Below, piece after piece: positions 13,602 to 15,543 of a stretch of DNA of 15,543 bases (position 1 is its first letter; each line of letters begins with the position of its first letter). Below the pieces are notes generated by a model. It was not told where the DNA came from and did no database searches. It saw only the letters and a list, made by a program, of their open reading frames with translations. Made by a program: the position numbers and the translations under genes. The DNA comes from a virus: the IMG/VR virus record IMGVR_UViG_3300020548_000004; one strand, 5' to 3'.

Positions 13602-15031
13602 TGCGCTACTAGACCGCCAAGTATTGCGCCCCCACCGCCGTTGCGAGCGTTGCTAGTGTTTAATGCTAATACTACGGCCCGAGTAAATCCTTCTTCATCT
13701 ATTGCGCTTGGGGCATTGACATTGACAATAACATTTCCGCGTTCTTCGCCGCGTCTAGCTGCTGCTACATCAAAGCTAGCAGGGATGGCATTACCGCTTG
13801 GAACTATCGTTGATGGGGCAGTAACCAATGATGGTGACGATACGGAAGGACTAACGACATTAGGTTTTGCAGGTGTGACTGGAGTAATTGTTACTGATGG
13901 CGTAGTTGTGACCTTTGGAGTTATAACGACACCAGATGGCAAAGACGCGGCTGCAACTGTGTTTGACGCTTTTGTGCCTCCATCAAAATCTAGTTTAGGA
14001 ATAGTTTTAATATCAGGGCCAGATTTGATTAAATTTAATCCTCGGATTACTGCATTTATGCCAGTTATTGCTGCATTTATAATTGGCTCAAGAGCGTTTA
14101 AGGCAAAGGCTACTGCGCTGACAATCCCAGAAGCAACTTTGCCAATAATTTTAATAGTATCCGCAAAACCACCAGCCAAGAATGGAACTAAAGTATCTTT
14201 GGCAAAATTGTATAATCCCCTAAAAGTGTCCTCATTTTCTTTAACCGATTTAATAACTGGATCGATAGCATTTTTCTTGAAGCGCTCAAAAGCTGGGATG
14301 GCAGTATCTGTTATGAAAGTCAGCAGCTTCTCAATGATAGGCAATAAAGCTGTTCCGACACTTTCCTTCGCTTCATCAAATGTGACTTTTAATCTTGCAA
14401 TTCTGCCCTCAAAAGTATTAGCTTGGACTGTAGCTGCGCCACCAAAGGTATCGGCTAATTGTTTAACTGTTCCTTCTAATCCTAGGGTCTTTATTTCGGC
14501 AGCAGATAAACCAACGCCTAAACGAGAAAGAGCGCCAGTATTGCCTTCATAAGCTTTACCTAAGGCATTGGATACCGATTCAACACTTTTGCCAGTAGCA
14601 GCTGATATGTCTAAGGCTAGGTTTAATAAATCTTGGGACTCAGTTACTGATCCTGTGGCAGTTGCTAAGCGTTGAAGCGCTGGGCGTAATTCGTCATCAG
14701 CAACGCCTGTAGCTAGAGAGGTTTTAAGTATTTGTTCCTCAACAGCAGAAATTTGGGCTTCGGTGGCCCCAGTAACATTCTTTAAAGCATTGGCTAGACG
14801 ATTTTGAGCTGCCTCATCTTCGATGGCTGCTTTAACGCCATCAACTGCTAACTTGACTGCATAGGCCGCTGCCGCTGCCGCTGCCGCTGCGAATGCGGCT
14901 GCTGCAACCTTGCCAAACTTTTCTAACTTACCGCCAAAACCTTCAACCTCTTTGGAGCCAGTATCAAGATTTTTCTTGAGATTATCTACATCAGCAAGAA
15001 TCGAGAGCTTGAGCGTTCTACTGCCAGCCAT
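13598..15031 (-). CDS. Tail tape measure protein
   Basis: 477 aa. Ala/Gly/Leu-rich helical repeats, a hydrophobic poly-Ala segment, a Pro/Thr/Ser-rich C-terminal part, and position after the chaperone region. Confidence 0.85.
   Translation of the reverse strand: MAGSRTLKLSILADVDNLKKNLDTGSKEVEGFGGKLEKFGKVAAAAFAAAAAAAAAYAVKLAVDGVKAAIEDEAAQNRLANALKNVTGATEAQISAVEEQILKTSLATGVADDELRPALQRLATATGSVTESQDLLNLALDISAATGKSVESVSNALGKAYEGNTGALSRLGVGLSAAEIKTLGLEGTVKQLADTFGGAATVQANTFEGRIARLKVTFDEAKESVGTALLPIIEKLLTFITDTAIPAFERFKKNAIDPVIKSVKENEDTFRGLYNFAKDTLVPFLAGGFADTIKIIGKVASGIVSAVAFALNALEPIINAAITGINAVIRGLNLIKSGPDIKTIPKLDFDGGTKASNTVAAASLPSGVVITPKVTTTPSVTITPVTPAKPNVVSPSVSSPSLVTAPSTIVPSGNAIPASFDVAAARRGEERGNVIVNVNAPSAIDEEGFTRAVVLALNTSNARNGGGGAILGGLVAQ
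14865..14888. repeat. Hexanucleotide microsatellite (GCCGCT)x4 inside the tape measure gene
   Basis: The plus strand reads gccgct four times in tandem. It encodes part of the poly-Ala run AAAFAAAAAAAAAYA. Confidence 0.9.
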
Positions 15032-15498
15032 TACTTATCCCATTCTTTCAATATCTTGGAAAATGCTTCTTGCCATTTCTTAATTAATTCAGGCTGAATC
15101 TTACGAAGGGTTGGGTAGATAAAGTAGCCAGCGTTTCCGCGACCTTTCGTTGGTGTTCTTCTTGGGAACTGACGCAAGCGATTAGATCCAAATTCATAAC
15201 CCGCCCAGAGTTTTTGTGTGCTACCGCCACCAGAAAAGCGCTGACTTGCAAAGCCGTAAGAGAACTCTCCGATTTTGGAACTGGCCGAGACTTTAACGCC
15301 TGTTGCAATTCTTCTAACTGCTTCTTGACCAAAAGTCCTTGTGAGTGCATAGGCTTTGATTTCATTTGCTGCATAAGTAGCCAGCGCGCTAGATTCTGAT
15401 TTAGCTTGGCTAACGGCTTCATCATCCATCGCTTTGAACGCGGTAATGATTGAGCGGAGCTCGCGCTTGTCATAGCTGATTGGTAACTCATCTGCCAC
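15031..15498 (-). CDS. HK97 gp10-like tail-completion/neck family protein in an atypical position
   Basis: 155 aa, GTG start at 15498 with a perfect AAGGAG 7 nt upstream, and TAATG coupling to the tape measure gene at 15031. The C-terminal half WAGYEFGSNRLRQFP...GYFIYPTLRKIQPELIKKW resembles the gp10-family pattern (Y...vEfG....pa.PFl.pA). Confidence 0.45.
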   Translation of the reverse strand: MADELPISYDKRELRSIITAFKAMDDEAVSQAKSESSALATYAANEIKAYALTRTFGQEAVRRIATGVKVSASSKIGEFSYGFASQRFSGGGSTQKLWAGYEFGSNRLRQFPRRTPTKGRGNAGYFIYPTLRKIQPELIKKWQEAFSKILKEWDK

Positions 15499-15543
15499 CG
15501 CTACGCTCCTTTAATATATCTATGGCCGTCATTACTTGGTCTA
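15445..15543. repeat. Terminal repeat copy B, exact 99-nt match to 1..99
   Basis: Same comparison as copy A. The repeat ends exactly at the window end, which is typical of a fixed-length k-mer overlap in a circular contig. Confidence 0.95.

Noticed and set aside
13641-14552. 303-aa plus-strand ORF antisense to the tape measure gene
   Set aside because: It lies entirely inside a well-supported minus-strand gene whose Ala/Gly/Thr/Val-rich codons keep the antisense frame free of stops. The product is low-complexity, and there is no SD or promoter context or any other plus-strand gene in the genome.
14865-14888. (GCCGCT)x4 microsatellite as a phase-variation switch
   Set aside because: The unit is 6 nt, so slippage stays in frame and would only add or remove two alanines in the tape measure hydrophobic segment. 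It is recorded as a repeat but is not a convincing switch.
183-15399. All other plus-strand track ORFs (183..368, 509..730, 2943..3149, 3276..3473, 3377..3604, 5469..5681, 6299..6505, 8043..8315, 8643..8861, 8707..8922, 9249..9476, 11532..11723, 12926..13300, 15214..15399)
   Set aside because: Each is short and fully embedded antisense in a supported minus-strand gene. None has a recognisable motif or ribosome-binding site.
15084-15491. 135-aa same-strand alternative-frame ORF inside the gp10-like gene
   Set aside because: It is Ser/Leu/Gln/Lys-rich with no motif and no SD. The 155-aa frame has a perfect AAGGAG plus GTG start, family-like motifs and TAATG coupling to the next gene.
1-15543. 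Search for tRNA, rRNA, CRISPR arrays, integrase/att sites, transposase ends
   Set aside because: No spaced direct-repeat arrays were seen. There are no non-coding stretches long enough for a tRNA (the largest gaps are 53-71 nt and lack cloverleaf-like stems). No recombinase-like ORF was found.

Overview
The first 99 nt (1..99) are identical to the last 99 nt (15445..15543). The window is therefore one complete, circularly closed unit of 15,444 bp plus an assembly-style overlap. All convincing genes lie on the minus strand, tightly packed with many TAATG/ATGA stop-start overlaps. Read in the direction of transcription (descending coordinates, wrapping 1 -> 15444), the map is as follows. First comes an early/recombination block (10643..7517): small basic protein, PD-(D/E)xK-like nuclease, small unknowns, zinc-ribbon proteins, Rad52-like annealing protein, HTH protein. 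Next are a compact C5 cytosine methyltransferase, a membrane-anchored transglycosylase, and HNH endonuclease. The head genes follow: large terminase, portal, and a prohead-protease/major-capsid fusion. Then come two head-tail joining proteins, major tail protein, and tail assembly chaperone with a -1 frameshift extension. The tail continues with an HK97-gp10-like protein, tape measure, two tail-tip proteins and a small unknown. Last is the lysis cassette: LAS/M15-like peptidase endolysin, a 2-TM holin and a 1-TM protein. I interpret this as a very small, apparently lytic siphovirus-like dsDNA phage genome, probably metagenome-assembled. Several protein motifs resemble actinobacteriophage families, so the host is likely monoderm. 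I saw no tRNA, rRNA, CRISPR array, integrase, repressor, DNA polymerase, primase/helicase or recognisable small terminase. All family assignments come from motif recognition by eye and gene order; no database search was run.
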